A stretch of 64,000 nt of DNA from Heterodontus francisci. Lineage: Eukaryota. The stretch lies in the NCBI RefSeq assembly GCF_036365525.1, contig NC_090390.1, forward strand, positions 71,516,153-71,580,152. Direction: 5' to 3'. Below the pieces are notes generated by a model that saw only the letters and a program-made list of their open reading frames with translations, had not been told where the DNA came from and ran no database searches. Position numbers and translations under genes: made by a program. Position 1 is the first letter of the stretch; each line of letters begins with the position of its first letter. Below are positions 62,251 to 64,000 of this stretch, piece after piece.

Positions 62251-62689
62251 TCTTCTCGAGCTTAGAGATGCATTGTTTATTTCATTTTGCTGTCGAACAC
62301 CTGGAATTTATAAGGGTTACTCACAATTCCTTTCTCCTGTGGGATTCAATGGAAGAGGGCAAAGAAGAACAAGGAACGGAAGCCACTGATGTCACCAGAG
62401 ACACACTGGTCATGGGCACCAATACGCCAGCAACCATAGCTACAGGCCCAAAGACAGCATGCTGACAAGGTCAAAGGAGATCCTGCTGCTGCAGGCTCTT
62501 GTTCAGCAAGGAGGTTAGTTACAGAACTGTACTGCCTTCTTCAAGGAGACTTGCAGCCAAGCTCCATAAGGACTGCATTGCCAGTGGCAATCACAGTGGC
62601 CACATCCTTCAACTTTTAATTCTTCAATTTGTTCCAGACTAGTTCACGAGATATTGCCACTAGGAAGCAATATGCTGTTCACAGATACA

Positions 62690-63076
62690 GCGTTTTCACC
62701 TCTGAATCAGAAAACTTTGAGTTCAAGTCCCACTCTCAGAGAATTGAGCACATAATCCAGGTTGGCAATTCAGTGTGGTACTGAGAGAGTGCTGCATTGC
62801 CCTAGGTGCCATTAAATCAAGGCCCTGTCTTCCCTCTCTGAGGTGAAAGAAGAGCAGAGGTGGCTTTCTGGTCTCCTGCACAACATTTATTCTTCAACCA
62901 ACACCTAAAAAATGATTACCTGGTTATTATTTCATTGCCGCTTGTGAGACCTTGCTGTGTATATATTGGCTTCTGCATTTCTTACATTACAATGGCGACT
63001 GCACTTCAAAAAGTACTCCATTGGCTGTAAAACCCTTTGGGATGCCTTGAGGCCATGAAAAGTGTAAGTTCCTTCT
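62690..63076 (+). mobile_element. DeuSINE (SacSINE1-like)
   Basis: B box GAGTTCAAGTCC, Deu domain, tail gcacttcaaaaagtactccattggctgtaaa. Confidence 0.85.
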
Positions 63077-63631
63077 TAAATAGGCAATGCATTGTTCAGC
63101 AGACCAATAGTACTATCGCCTTCCCCACTGAACAGCAACAGCAGCACAATGGTGGTGTCCAATGCTGGATTTTCTGAAATACAAGCGGTCACTGAAAGCA
63201 CCAGTATGGTCACCAATTCCCCAGGTACAGTTCCGTTGCCCATATGAGCACAAAGGGTGGGCATTATCCACCAAATTCATGTCATTCATGTCAATGTCCA
63301 CTTCCCAGGCAACAATCACATGTTTTCAATTTAAGCCAATCTGTGCTAAGCTTATTTGATGATGAAGGCAGACTGGAAGGATGGGTCCTTCAAGAACGGA
63401 GCTACCCTCTTCTACCCTGATCCATGCAGCAGCATAATGCAGATACAGAGCCTACCACTGGCATCTTGATCCAGCAGTTCAGATGTCTCAACAGATGTAA
63501 CATACCTTACGCTACAGCCTTCCAATAGTCTCCAAGATCATCATCTTCTGCCACAGACTTCATTGCAACGTTGCAGCATTATGAGGTTTAAGTGTGGAGG
63601 GATAGAAGGAGGAGGGGCCAGTGTAGAAGCA

Positions 63632-64000
63632 TGGGCCGAAACTTTACACCACCCCCACCCCCCCCGCCCCTGCATGAGCGGGCTGGTGGCAGGGGGTGGG
63701 GAGGTTGTAAAATTGAGTGGGAGGTGGGCGATGGGCCATTCTGGATGCCTTCCCGCCCCTGCTGCAATTTTACAAGGCCAATCAAGGCCTTGAAATGGCC
63801 AATTAATTGCCGCTTAAGGACCTCCTCCCACTGCTGCTGGTATTTTAACAGGGTGCCCCATCAGGAGTGCCCCCCTCCCAGCCTGCAAGGAGTCCATCAG
63901 GTTTTACTTGGCGGCCTCCTGGAAGGCCTGAGCCGCCCGTCCGCTGCTGAGGCCACCCCCCCCCCCCCCCATGGCCCAACTGCCCTATTACACAACACTC
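63632..64000. mobile_element. Harbinger-type MITE, runs off the window end
   Basis: Starts GGGCCGAAACTTTAC; interior resembles 38265-39034 and the reverse complement of the 6471-7224 end. Confidence 0.6.

Overview
Repeat-dominated vertebrate DNA, most likely from a shark or other elasmobranch. This is inferred from HE1-type V-SINEs, SacSINE1-like DeuSINEs, abundant CR1 and RTE LINEs, and Penelope-derived short repeats. I could not identify a host protein-coding gene. Nearly all long ORFs are LINE, Penelope or Harbinger remnants, their antisense shadows, or low-complexity artefacts. The window holds 6 CR1 copies, 5 RTE copies in two subfamilies, L2 remnants, a foldback Penelope, two hAT non-autonomous elements with 8-bp TSDs, many Harbinger-type MITEs and Myb/SANT gene relics, probable solo LTRs, and an ~800-bp purine tract. 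The most interesting item is a LINE at 49763-53034 that has no ORF1 and starts with a tRNA-like Pol III head. Its sense strand is almost free of TTTT Pol III terminators, and its EN-RT frame opens behind ATG-GCC-TAG-CAA. A SINE at 31763-32175 consists of only this LINE's head and tail. Coordinates were read by eye and are approximate unless a TSD or TIR is quoted.
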